A stretch of DNA of 64,000 bases from Acidobacteriota bacterium (GTDB taxonomy: Bacteria > Acidobacteriota > Thermoanaerobaculia > Multivoradales > UBA5704), in NCBI GenBank assembly GCA_040005235.1, contig JBDTZG010000020.1:1-64000 (forward strand). Direction: 5' to 3'. Of the stretch, positions 19,095-28,609 are shown piece after piece. A model generated the notes under the pieces. That model saw nothing but the letters and a program-made list of their open reading frames with translations. It had not been told where the DNA came from and searched no databases. A program made the position numbers and the translations under genes. Positions within the stretch are counted from its first letter, which is position 1. Every line of letters begins with the position of its first letter.

Positions 19095-20183
19095 ATGCGC
19101 CATAAATACGCCTGGCTCGACCCCGAACTTCTTCGCGCCCTCATGGCGGGGATGGATCTGCTGCGCCTGTTCAACCAGCTGGTGCTCGCCGCCGGGGGGG
19201 ACCCGGAAGAGGCGATGAACTGGATGCGCGAGCTTCAGGCGCAGGGATATCTGCCCGAGAACCTGGACCTTGAGGAGTTCTTTGAGAGCCTGGAGGATCA
19301 GAATCTGATCGGCCGCGACCAGGAGGGCGGGATGTCGCTCACCTCGGGCGGCGAGCGGAAGATCCGCAAGAGCGCGTTCGAGGAGATCTTCGGCGGGCTC
19401 GACCGGTCGTCCGCCGGCTACCACCCGATCCACTCCTCCGGCGAGGGGATCGAGCGCCAGCCGGAGACGAAGCCGTGGAGCTTCGGCGACGACTTGAACC
19501 TGCTCGACTCTGCCCGGTCGCTGCAAAACGCCATGCGGAGGACCAAAGGTGAGCTCGATCTGGCCGAAGAGGACCTCGAAGTCTTCGAGACCGAGCACAT
19601 GACCTCGTGCGCGACGATCGTGGCGATCGACGTCAGCCACTCGATGATCCTCTACGGCGAAGATCGGATCACCCCGGCGAAGACCGTCGCCTTGGCGCTC
19701 ACCGAGCTGATCACCACCAAGTACCCGAAAGACCACCTGGGGGTCATCCAGTTCGGCGACCGCGCCGAGCCGATGAAGCTTTCCGATCTTCCTTACCTTC
19801 AGGCCGGGCCGTACCACACCAATACCCGAGAGGCGCTCCAGCTCGCCCGCGGCCTCCTGTCGCGGCAGAAGCAGCCGAACAAGCAGATCTTCTTGATCAC
19901 CGACGGCAAACCCTCGGCGATCACCGAAGGGGGGCACGTCTACAAGAACCCCTTCGGGCTCGACATGCGAATCGTCAACCTGACGCTCGAAGAGGCCGAC
20001 CACTGCCGTCGGCAGAAGATCGTGATCACCACCTTCATGCTCGCAACCGATCCGATGCTCACCGACTTCGTCGAGAAGCTGACCCAGATCAACCGCGGCC
20101 GCGCCTACTTCGCCTCGCCCTACAACCTGGGCGAGTTTCTGCTCGCGGATTACATCCGGAACCGGCGGAAGCGGGTGCGGTAG
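19095..20183 (+). CDS. VWA domain protein (Rv0959-like partner of the ChlI/MoxR-like ATPase)
   Basis: MIDAS DVSHSM, TNTREAL, ITDGKPS. Confidence 0.9.
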   Translation: MRHKYAWLDPELLRALMAGMDLLRLFNQLVLAAGGDPEEAMNWMRELQAQGYLPENLDLEEFFESLEDQNLIGRDQEGGMSLTSGGERKIRKSAFEEIFGGLDRSSAGYHPIHSSGEGIERQPETKPWSFGDDLNLLDSARSLQNAMRRTKGELDLAEEDLEVFETEHMTSCATIVAIDVSHSMILYGEDRITPAKTVALALTELITTKYPKDHLGVIQFGDRAEPMKLSDLPYLQAGPYHTNTREALQLARGLLSRQKQPNKQIFLITDGKPSAITEGGHVYKNPFGLDMRIVNLTLEEADHCRRQKIVITTFMLATDPMLTDFVEKLTQINRGRAYFASPYNLGEFLLADYIRNRRKRVR

Positions 20184-21705
20184 GAAGGGAAAGCGGTTTC
20201 GGAAGGGCCATTTTCCACGCCTTCACCTCATCGGCGCGAGATTCCAACCCAAGCTTCTGGAAGAGATGCTCCGCCTTGGTCCAAGCATGATCAGCTCCGC
20301 CAACATCTCCTGACGTTTCGAGAACTACACCCAGATTACTAAGGACCGCTGCTTGGTTGTAGGGATCCCCGATCTGCTCAAAACTGGCAAGAGCTTCGCG
20401 AAATCTTGCACCAGCCTCAACTAGCTGGCCTCTCCTTGAAGCGATGACCCCGAGGCTCATCAACCGGTTCGCGACTCCAGCAGATCTGCCAAGTTTAATT
20501 TCGCTCTCTAGAGCGCTGCGAATCAATGCCTCGGCTCGATCAAGGTCTCCTCGATCCAACGCGAGGAAACCAAGATTGCCCACAGCCATCGCTTCACCCG
20601 CCTGATTGCCGATGGAACGCTCAAGTTCCACGCATCTCTCCAAGAGCTTCTCGGCTTCGTCGAAACGCTTCCACAGGCGCAAGACCCCGGCAAGGTTGGC
20701 GAGAGCCATAGCCATTCCCCGCTGATCACCCAAAACCTCGTAGAGATCGATCGCGCGCTGGTAGTGCCCGGAGCCCCCTTCCAAGTCGCCAGCCCGAACG
20801 AGCAGAGTGGCTAGATTCGCCAGGCTCCCCGCCAGTGCTTGCCGGTCGCCCTCCTGCTGTTCGATTTCGATCGCCCGCTCGAAGAGCAACCGCGCTTCGG
20901 GATACCGTCCAAGCCCGAACTGGACGGCAGCTAGATTCGAGCAAAGCCCGGCAATGGGTAGAGGCTCACGGAGCCTCTCGGCGATCTCCAGCGAAGCACG
21001 AAATCGAACGTCGGCTTCGTCAAGCCGCCCTTCTACCAATGCGTGATGCCCAAGCTCGTTCAGCCAAGACGACCGAGCTGAGAGAGTCGTAGGGTTGTCA
21101 CTCCACACAACCGACGTAAGGCGGTTTTCAAGCTCCTTGACACGCCGTTGACGAGATTCAGAACTCATATTCTCGATCTGGCCCGGGCTGAGGTCGAGAT
21201 CGGCTGAAACCAGACTGCTCTGTTCCTCCGAAAAGAAATAAGCCCCACTCTGCCAGTCGTAGAAATCAGGTGCCTCTTTCCCCAGAATACCGATCGCGTA
21301 TTCCGGCACCCAGAAGACGATTGGCCGCGCCAGCCGCGGGGGCCATGCGGGTCGGCTCAGATTAAGGCCGTGAAGGATCGGATGGTCCGCTACGGTTGAA
21401 TCGAGCGAACGTTCGAGGCCAAGCACCATCAGCGGGCCACGAGCCTGTTGATCGCTCGCGGCGACAATGGCTTCGAGGATGCTTTCGATTCCCTTTATGA
21501 GCTCGATCGTCTCGATCGGCCGATCCGGCGCGAACTCGCGAAGCTTGTCGATATAGCGGCGGCCTTGCGCCGGGCTGTTGCAAACGGCGAAGAACAGCCC
21601 GAAGCTTTCGGTTCTCGCAAGCCCTCTCGCGAGCGCCCGAAGCGACTCCTCGACGGACTCGACCGCCTCAATCGGCCGCGTAGAGTCTGGGAAGGGTACG
21701 GACAA
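20089..21705 (-). CDS. Tetratricopeptide repeat protein with conserved N-terminal alpha/beta domain
   Basis: N-terminal FGLFFAVCN...LNLSR...PIVFWVPEYA...APDFYDWQSG followed by about 7 TPR-like repeats (e.g. LAGSLANLATLL...YQRAIDLYEVLGD). TTG start overlaps the upstream ATPase. Confidence 0.82.
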   Translation of the reverse strand: MSVPFPDSTRPIEAVESVEESLRALARGLARTESFGLFFAVCNSPAQGRRYIDKLREFAPDRPIETIELIKGIESILEAIVAASDQQARGPLMVLGLERSLDSTVADHPILHGLNLSRPAWPPRLARPIVFWVPEYAIGILGKEAPDFYDWQSGAYFFSEEQSSLVSADLDLSPGQIENMSSESRQRRVKELENRLTSVVWSDNPTTLSARSSWLNELGHHALVEGRLDEADVRFRASLEIAERLREPLPIAGLCSNLAAVQFGLGRYPEARLLFERAIEIEQQEGDRQALAGSLANLATLLVRAGDLEGGSGHYQRAIDLYEVLGDQRGMAMALANLAGVLRLWKRFDEAEKLLERCVELERSIGNQAGEAMAVGNLGFLALDRGDLDRAEALIRSALESEIKLGRSAGVANRLMSLGVIASRRGQLVEAGARFREALASFEQIGDPYNQAAVLSNLGVVLETSGDVGGADHAWTKAEHLFQKLGLESRADEVKAWKMALPKPLSLPTAPASAGSGCNPRAETRPGCRARRSRRGRG

Positions 21706-22987
21706 CAGGGTTCACCTCGTACCAGGGCTCACCGTTCATATACTCGAAGACATGGAGCAGGCGCAGCATCTGAAGGTGCTCCGGGTCGTGGCGAATCTCG
21801 CCGCTCGGCTCAAGAAAGCTCCTCAGGCGAGGCCACTCATCCTGGTCGATCTGGCGCACGAGCGAGTTCGCCGCCTCACGGATCGCTCCATCGGCGGCCG
21901 CCCGCGTGATCGGCAGACCCTCTACACGAGTTAGCGCCGAGCGGAGGAACATCATCAGGTGTCGAGGATGCCCCCCGGTCATCTCGCAAAGCAAATGACA
22001 GGTTTCAGCGCTATCGAAGACCTCGGCGAAATCAACCTTCGCGAACTGGCACCGCTTATCGATGATTTCGCGCATCTTTTTCATGCCGGCTGTGTTGGGG
22101 GTCACAGGGGATCGATGATCGCCACGCAGCCGAATCATCGGCACCGGGATCGGGCGGCCGCCAAAGGCCTGCTCGACCCCGGCGAACTGCGGCGAATAGA
22201 TCAAAGTGATGGGCACCGAGTAGATGACATGCGCGTTCAAGTTGGCGAGTTGCTCGCTGCGGTGAATGAACAGCCGCTCGTGGGTGGTCACTCCGCTATC
22301 CAGGCTCCGATCCGGCATCTTTTCGAGATCGTCAACGATCAGGACGAGCCCCTCCCACCCTGCCTCCCACAACTTGACTCGGGCAAGTTCAAGAAGATCG
22401 TTGACCGCGTTCTGGAGGCTCGTGCTTTGCTTCTCGATCTCGGCCCGCAACAACGCGCGAGAGCTCGGTCGGTTTCTGAGCTCGGCGGTCAGAGAGCCGA
22501 AGGGGACGTCGATCTCGACCTCGGAAAAACTCACGTTCGACTGAAGCGCCGCTTTGACCTCATCCCAGACGCGATAGAGATATTCCGTGGTTCCCGTGAA
22601 ACCGGGAATCTTGAGGGCCTGGAGGTTACGCTGCACCTCCGCCGCGAGAAACACCAAGAGATCCGGAAAATCGAGATCGTTGAGGTCGAGCGCCTTCCCC
22701 GTTTCGGCGAGGATCACCTTATAAGGACGGCCTGTCTCCGGATTCTCGAGCCGGTGCTGAAGCCGGCGAAGCTCGCTGCTCTTGCCCACCCCGATATGCC
22801 CGGCAAAGACCTTCACTTCCGGCCGGGTCGAATCGGACAACCGCAGGCTGCGCTCGTATTGCCGAGAGGGTGTCTCCCCGCGCACGTCATCCAAAATGAC
22901 GAATCTCGGGTCGTCGGCGGCAAGCGCTTCGTTCGGTTCGCACGCCCGGTAGAGGCGGGTGATCGCATCTGGGGTATCGGGTGTCAT
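21668..22987 (-). CDS. STAND/KAP-like P-loop ATPase
   Basis: Walker A FAGHIGVGKSSEL, Walker B LVLIVDDLEK, TGGHPRHL (GxP) motif, C-terminal FEYMNGEPWYEVNP. Start taken at ATG 22987. Confidence 0.85.
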   Translation of the reverse strand: MTPDTPDAITRLYRACEPNEALAADDPRFVILDDVRGETPSRQYERSLRLSDSTRPEVKVFAGHIGVGKSSELRRLQHRLENPETGRPYKVILAETGKALDLNDLDFPDLLVFLAAEVQRNLQALKIPGFTGTTEYLYRVWDEVKAALQSNVSFSEVEIDVPFGSLTAELRNRPSSRALLRAEIEKQSTSLQNAVNDLLELARVKLWEAGWEGLVLIVDDLEKMPDRSLDSGVTTHERLFIHRSEQLANLNAHVIYSVPITLIYSPQFAGVEQAFGGRPIPVPMIRLRGDHRSPVTPNTAGMKKMREIIDKRCQFAKVDFAEVFDSAETCHLLCEMTGGHPRHLMMFLRSALTRVEGLPITRAAADGAIREAANSLVRQIDQDEWPRLRSFLEPSGEIRHDPEHLQMLRLLHVFEYMNGEPWYEVNPVVRTLPRLYAAD

Positions 22988-23246
22988 AGGTCGAACCGTA
23001 GCCACCTGAGGAGTTTCCGTCAAGCACCGCGCAGTGGAGGTGCAGGCTGCAACCGCTGCAACAAGGAGACGAAGCGGGCGATCTGTAGAAGTACGAGAGG
23101 TCGCCAGCAATATTTGCCGAATGCTCCAGCCAACACGCAGCCCCTTCTCGATCCGATAACGTGTCCCCAAGCCTACCCCCCTGGCACGTCCGCTGCTTTT
23201 CAGCTTGGGCGACCGTCCGAATTACCGGGCGAGGAGGACTTAAGCC

Positions 23247-23549
23247 ATGCCACAAGGTGCTTGGAATTCCAAAGACGAACGCCAATACAAGCATGTCAAA
23301 GAGAGCGAGCAGGAGCGGGGACGAAGTGAGGATCGCGCCGAGGAAATCGCCGCGCGTACGGTCAACAAGCAGCGGTTTCAGGAAGGGCGAACGCAGAATC
23401 GCGTTAGCCGGTCGACCGGCAATCCACACGGCCGGCTGGAGGATCTGACCATCCTTCAGCTGCGCAATCGCGCCCGCGAGGGGAACGTTCCCGGACGCAG
23501 CAAGATGAACAAGAGCGAGCTGGTCGCCGCGATTCGCCGACATCGGTAA
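23247..23549 (+). CDS. Small conserved protein with C-terminal Rho-N-like helix-extension-helix ('plasmid stabilization protein'-like)
   Basis: AWNSKDERQYKHVKES...AEEIAARTVNKQR...GRSKMNKSELVAAI; GAGGAGG RBS. Confidence 0.8.
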   Translation: MPQGAWNSKDERQYKHVKESEQERGRSEDRAEEIAARTVNKQRFQEGRTQNRVSRSTGNPHGRLEDLTILQLRNRAREGNVPGRSKMNKSELVAAIRRHR

Positions 23550-23779
23550 GGGAGCGGAACAGCTGGCATGAGCCTTGCCCTTATCGAGATCTGTCGCGAA
23601 GCAAACCTTACGGTGCGCCGAGCGGCTTCGACACGATCCGGCAGATTCTCCCAGACTTCACTCCCAGCCAACCCTGCCGGGTCTCCGAAATTACGGTGCC
23701 GCAGCCAGCCTGCGGCACCACCTTTCCGCAAAGCGTCAGACAACCGGTAGGCCATCCCTACCTGAATTTCGCATAAGGA

Positions 23780-23818
23780 GCGGGCGGCCGGAGGAGGGGC
23801 CGCCCGTTTCGCATTTTT
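23780..23818 (+). terminator. Intrinsic terminator
   Basis: CGGGCGGCC...GGCCGCCCG hairpin followed by TTTCGCATTTTT. Confidence 0.6.
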
Positions 23819-23957
23819 GGGCTCTCGCCGATCCCGTCGCAGGCCAGCCGCACTAATGAGCAAGATTTTGATAGCGCCGGTCGGATCGTTTCGGTACTCT
23901 TCGGTTTCTGATATGCTACTCTGACATTTCGATTCCACCCATTCACGGGAGTTACTC

Positions 23958-25907
23958 ATGCCGACCCGCAGGTTCCGAACGCTCGCCGTCCTCTGCCTTT
24001 TTTTCGCCCTGGCTTCGGCCGCCTCGGCAGTGGTGGGAATCGATCGCCGCGCCTCTTTTGCTCTCGGGGACGACACCTGCGACGACACCTCGCCGGAGAT
24101 CGCCACCCAGCCCGACGGCACGTTTCTCGCGGTTTGGCAGCATTGCTATTTCCCCGCTCGGATCGCGGCCCAGCGGCTCGACGCGGCGGGACGGAAACTC
24201 GGGACGCAGATCGACCTCGGCCTCGGCGGATTCCCCCAGGTGGCGGCGCTTCCCGATCGGGGTTTTGCCATTGCCTATATCCAGGAAGTGACCGCCGACA
24301 CGGGCATCTTCGGCGTCTATGCGCGCCGGCTCGACCCGACCGGTGCGCCGCTCGCCGGCCCGGCCCGAATCGACGAAGGGGGAAGCGAGGAGCGCCGAGT
24401 CGCCTTCATGGTGCCGCGTTTGGCCTCCGCACCCGACGGCCGGCTTTTGGTCGGCTGGCGCAACCTGTTTCTGTCGCCGTTTCCGATTCCGATCACCCAG
24501 CTTCCCGCGTTCGGCCGCCTGCTCGGCGCGGATTTGACTCCCCTCGGCGGGACGTTCGACCTCGGTTCCGCGGGTCTGTTCGACGACCTCGACGTCTCCT
24601 TCGACGAAGCCGGAAGGGCTCTCGTCGTGAGCGCCCTGGGCAGCGTCGCGGCGCGGCGCTTCGACGCGGCGGGCATCCAGATCGGCAACGCGATCGAAGT
24701 GGGAGGCGGTGCCATTCCAGCCTTCAACCCGCACCTGGCCCCGCGCCAGGGCGGCGGCTGGTGGGTGACCTGGGAGGAGCAGGAAGGGGGCGTTCAGTCG
24801 ATTCTCGCCCGAGCGTTTCTCCGCGCGGTCGACGCCAGCGGCCATCCGGCCGGCCCGCGGATCGACGTCGGCCTGGTGGGCGACTTCGGTTCGACTGGCC
24901 CGGTGGTGGGCGTCGACCCCGATGGCCTCGCCCTGGTCGCCGGCCGCGACAATCTCGGGGCGGTCAAGATGCGCTTGTTCGACGCAGCGGGCGCGCCGGC
25001 TTCGGAACTTACGCCGCTCGCGGGTCCTGATCCTTTCCCGCTCGGCCGCACCGCAATGGCCGAGAGCGCTGCGACCGGTTTCGCGGCTCTTTGGGAAGGA
25101 AACGTCGATTTCTTCCCCCCTCCTCCCGGACCGCAGGCAGGCTGGGATCTGCGCGGCGCGCTGCTCGCGGCGTCCTGCCTGAGCGTCAACGCAGTCTGCG
25201 CGCGGATTGGAGGCCATCAGGCCGAGGTCGAAGTGCAGTGGCGTTTGGGGGCGCGAAGCGGGTTCGGACGCGGCCTGCGGGTCGGCAGTCATCTCCTTTT
25301 CGCGCTCGAAAATCCCGGCCGCTTCGATGTCGCGGTCGATCTGCGCGGCGGCGCCATCGATTGGGCGGCGACCACCAACGCCGAGGTCATGATCCGCTGG
25401 ACGGAAGCCGGAATCACCCGCAACGCCACCAAACTACGTGGACCGTTCGGGAGCGGCAGGCTCGAAAACCTGGCTCCGCCCGTCAGCCTGAATCCCTCGG
25501 CAATGATCGCCGAGACCGCCCTGGCCGCCGACACCGCCGAAATTTCCGACCAGCCGGCCGGAGCCGTCGCGGCCGACGGTTGCTCCCCCTCGATCCGGAC
25601 GGGCTGCCTGTTCGGTGGGCGTTTCCGCGTGGCGGCGGTCGCCACGGGAGCGGACGGCGTCGAGCGACCGGCCACCGTGCTGGCGTTCGCCGATCGCCAA
25701 GCGGTCTTGTCGTTCGCCGAAGCGGGCGGAGCAACGGTCTCCCTTCTCGACGGCCGAGCGAACAACAGCAAGATCTGGGTCTATTGGGGCGGGCTCTCGA
25801 AGGCGGCGTTCCGGATCGAGGTGACCGACGTCTCGACCGGCACCCTCCGCACCTATTCGAACCCGGCCGGAAAGCGCCAGAGCCGCGCCGACCGCCAGGC
25901 GTTTTAA
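23958..25907 (+). CDS. Secreted beta-repeat protein with duplicated C-terminal 'SRADRxAF' domain (paralog 1)
   Basis: Signal peptide; repeats of PxVAxxPDGxFxxxW...ARRFDAAG; C-terminal CLFGGRFRV...KIWVYWGGLS...TYSNPAGKRQSRADRQAF. Confidence 0.85.
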   Translation: MPTRRFRTLAVLCLFFALASAASAVVGIDRRASFALGDDTCDDTSPEIATQPDGTFLAVWQHCYFPARIAAQRLDAAGRKLGTQIDLGLGGFPQVAALPDRGFAIAYIQEVTADTGIFGVYARRLDPTGAPLAGPARIDEGGSEERRVAFMVPRLASAPDGRLLVGWRNLFLSPFPIPITQLPAFGRLLGADLTPLGGTFDLGSAGLFDDLDVSFDEAGRALVVSALGSVAARRFDAAGIQIGNAIEVGGGAIPAFNPHLAPRQGGGWWVTWEEQEGGVQSILARAFLRAVDASGHPAGPRIDVGLVGDFGSTGPVVGVDPDGLALVAGRDNLGAVKMRLFDAAGAPASELTPLAGPDPFPLGRTAMAESAATGFAALWEGNVDFFPPPPGPQAGWDLRGALLAASCLSVNAVCARIGGHQAEVEVQWRLGARSGFGRGLRVGSHLLFALENPGRFDVAVDLRGGAIDWAATTNAEVMIRWTEAGITRNATKLRGPFGSGRLENLAPPVSLNPSAMIAETALAADTAEISDQPAGAVAADGCSPSIRTGCLFGGRFRVAAVATGADGVERPATVLAFADRQAVLSFAEAGGATVSLLDGRANNSKIWVYWGGLSKAAFRIEVTDVSTGTLRTYSNPAGKRQSRADRQAF

Positions 25908-25913
25908 GTCTCC

Positions 25914-26375
25914 ATGTCGATCGAAGATCGTCTGCAGGCCCTTGGAATCGAGTTGCCGATCGCCGCCCCGGCGGGCGCGAACTACCTGCCCTTCCTTCAG
26001 ATCGCCGACATCGTCTATATCTCGGGGCAGCTGTCGAAATGGAACGGCGAGTACAAGTACATCGGCAAGTTGGGCCGCGAGTTCGAGGTGCCGGAAGGCC
26101 AACAGGCGGCGCGGCTTTGCGCCCTCAACGTGATCGCCGTGCTCCGCCAAGCGTTGAATGGTGACCTGGATCGGGTGCGGCAATGCGTCCGCGTCGGGGG
26201 CTACGTCAACTGCATGCCCGACTTCACCTCGCACTCCCAGGTGATCAACGGCACCTCCGACCTGCTGGTCGAAATCCTCGGCGACCCCGGCCGCCACACC
26301 CGCATCGCGGTCGGCATGTCGTCCCTGCCCTACGGCTGCGCGGTCGAGGTCGAGGCGCAGTTTCAGGTGCGGTGA
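25914..26375 (+). CDS. RidA/YjgF family protein
   Basis: LGIELP...NYLPF...YISGQL...GQQAARLCALN...INGTSDLL...GRHTRIAVGMSSLPYGCAVEVE. Confidence 0.92.
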   Translation: MSIEDRLQALGIELPIAAPAGANYLPFLQIADIVYISGQLSKWNGEYKYIGKLGREFEVPEGQQAARLCALNVIAVLRQALNGDLDRVRQCVRVGGYVNCMPDFTSHSQVINGTSDLLVEILGDPGRHTRIAVGMSSLPYGCAVEVEAQFQVR

Positions 26376-26470
26376 GGCGGACCGGCCGGCCCGCGGGACG
26401 TGTCCTTGCCGGTAATGCTTGAAGTTCGCTCACGTTCCCTCTGATGAGACATGCTATTGCGACATTCTTC

Positions 26471-26578
26471 GGCTACTAAGTGAAGATCACCGATATTTCG
26501 AACGGCCGGACCCAGACCTACGCCAACCCATCCCATCCGGTCGACTCGAAAGCCGCGCGGATCGGACGGCGTTCTAAT
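26471..26578 (+). pseudogene. Decayed 3' remnant of a fourth paralog of the secreted protein family
   Basis: GY*VKITDISNGRTQTYANPS/(5-bp CATCC duplication)/GRLESRADRTAF*, aligning with the 3' ends at ~30476-30577 and ~28479-28580. Confidence 0.8.
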
Positions 26579-26606
26579 GACGAACTGGAAGGAAGGAACC
26601 TCGGAC

Positions 26607-28580
26607 ATGCACCTTGGCCGCTTGAGGTTACGCACCACACGTTGCGCCTGGATTCTCGCCTTGGCGCTCATCGCGCTGCCTGCCGTCGGCGCAGAGATCG
26701 AACGGATCGCCTCGTTTTCGGCCGGCGATCCGCCGAATTGCGCAGACATCGGCCCGGATATCGCCGCGCAGCCCGGCGGGTCGTTTCTTTTGCTCTCGCA
26801 GCAGTTCAAATGCCCTGAAGGGACTCTCAAGGTTCGCTCTCAGCGCTTCGACGCCGCTGGCCGGCCGCTCGCGCCGGCCGTCAAGCTTTGGGATGGAAAT
26901 GACCCGCGGGTTGCGCCCCTTCCGGACGGAGGGTTTGTCGCCGTCTCTTGGTTCGAGCGAGATTTCGGCCTGTTCCTCCCGACTGGGATCGGTCTTCATC
27001 GGCTCGACGCGCTCGGCCGGCCTATCGGTGATCCGATCGTCGTCGCGCTCGATCCGGACAGCTTCGATCTGAATAAACAGCCTCGGCTGGCGGTCGCTCC
27101 GAACGGCGCGGTCGCAGTCGTATGGCTCGACGCTCACGAAGTGCTGCGCGGTCAGTTTTTCGATGCCTATCTCCGCCCTACGTCCGACGTGATCCTCCTT
27201 TCGACGTTTCTTCCGTCGGATCACAACGAGGCCGATCCGGATGTTGCTTTTCAGACCGACGGCACAGCGCTCGTCGTCTGGAGGCGATTCCTCGGATCTT
27301 TCATTTACAAGATCTTCGGACGTCGGTTCAGCGTCACCGGCGAGCCTCTCTCCGAGACTATTTCCATCAGTGAGCTCGACGATTTTCGCGTGAATCTCAC
27401 ACCCCGCGTCGTAGCCCGTTCCGAAGGAGGCTGGGCTGTAGGCTGGGGCGCCTATGCGGCGAGCCCCCCTCCCTTGGCGGCTTCAGAGACGGGCCATGAG
27501 ATCCAGTTCGTTCGCTTGGCCTCGGACGGTTCAAGGCTTGAGGCCCAGCAGTCCTTGGGCGTTTCTGAGGACTCTGATTCTTTCGCTCTCGGCACCGATG
27601 CCTTGGGCAATTTGCTGGTTTTCGCGGCGGCGACCGACCGTTCGATTTCCGGTCGCCTGATCGATCGCAACGGCGCCCCGGCTTCGGCCCTCATCAACCT
27701 CTCCGGGACCGGTCCCCTCTTCTTCGTCGAACCGGTCCTCGCCGGGCGGTCACCGGGCGGATTTCTTGCCGCGTGGTCCGGATACTCGCTTTCGACGCAG
27801 GCCGACTCCGATCTTTTCGGCGCCATCCTCACCCCGACCTGTCTCGAAGGCCGAAGCGCCATCTGCCTCGGACCGGAAGGGCGTTACGGGGTGGAGGTCG
27901 CCTGGCAAATCGGCACCCAAAGCGGCACGGCGAAACCGCTGCCGTTCGCGGGCAACGTCGCGACGTTCGGCTTACGCAATACCGCCGACCCTGACGTGAC
28001 CGTGCTCCTCTCCGGCACCGGATCGCGCGATCTGGCGTTCGCAGCAACTACGGGCGCGGCGCTCGAAATTCGCGTGACCGACAAGACGACCGGCATGGTC
28101 CGCACCTTCACCAAACCCGCCGGACGGTTCGCGAGCAGGCGCTTTCTGGGCGCTCTGCCGAGTCTTTCGGGCGACGCCGATCCTTCGACCGCTGCTTTTG
28201 TCGTTCCCGACGAGGAGCCCCGCCCCGCGCGGGAACCGGCCGTCGGCGAAACCTGCGTCCCGACGAGCCGCGCCCTCTGCCTGCTCGGCGGCCGGTTCCG
28301 CGCCGAGCTTCTCGCGGGGCAATACCCCAACCCGGCGCTCGCGATCCTGCGCACCGACAAGAGCGGCGCCTTCGCGTTGCCCCGCGCTCCCGAAACTCCG
28401 CTGGTCACCTTGTCGATGATCGACGGCCGGGCGAGCAACGGCAAGTTCTGGGTCTATTTGGGCGGACTGTCGTCGTCAGGTTATAGAGTGAGAATCACCG
28501 ATCTGTCGACCGGTGCCTCAAAGGCGTACGCCAATCCGGTCGGCAAGCTCGACAGCCGCGCGGATCGAACGGCATTCTGA
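26607..28580 (+). CDS. Secreted beta-repeat protein with duplicated C-terminal domain (paralog 2)
   Basis: Signal peptide then EIERIASFSAGDPP; ends KFWVYLGGLSSSGYRVRITD...DSRADRTAF; GGAAGG RBS before ATG 26607. Confidence 0.85.
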   Translation: MHLGRLRLRTTRCAWILALALIALPAVGAEIERIASFSAGDPPNCADIGPDIAAQPGGSFLLLSQQFKCPEGTLKVRSQRFDAAGRPLAPAVKLWDGNDPRVAPLPDGGFVAVSWFERDFGLFLPTGIGLHRLDALGRPIGDPIVVALDPDSFDLNKQPRLAVAPNGAVAVVWLDAHEVLRGQFFDAYLRPTSDVILLSTFLPSDHNEADPDVAFQTDGTALVVWRRFLGSFIYKIFGRRFSVTGEPLSETISISELDDFRVNLTPRVVARSEGGWAVGWGAYAASPPPLAASETGHEIQFVRLASDGSRLEAQQSLGVSEDSDSFALGTDALGNLLVFAAATDRSISGRLIDRNGAPASALINLSGTGPLFFVEPVLAGRSPGGFLAAWSGYSLSTQADSDLFGAILTPTCLEGRSAICLGPEGRYGVEVAWQIGTQSGTAKPLPFAGNVATFGLRNTADPDVTVLLSGTGSRDLAFAATTGAALEIRVTDKTTGMVRTFTKPAGRFASRRFLGALPSLSGDADPSTAAFVVPDEEPRPAREPAVGETCVPTSRALCLLGGRFRAELLAGQYPNPALAILRTDKSGAFALPRAPETPLVTLSMIDGRASNGKFWVYLGGLSSSGYRVRITDLSTGASKAYANPVGKLDSRADRTAF

Positions 28581-28609
28581 TGACCGCACTCCAAAGAGGA
28601 ACCTCCTAA

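Noticed and set aside
23600-23632. c-di-GMP-I riboswitch (GCAAACC)
   Set aside because: Lacks the GAAA-tetraloop P2 and the downstream GGACGCAAAG-type consensus.
26471-26578. DGR template repeat for the paralog C-termini
   Set aside because: Differences from the intact 3' ends are not adenine-specific and include an indel; there is no reverse transcriptase in the window.
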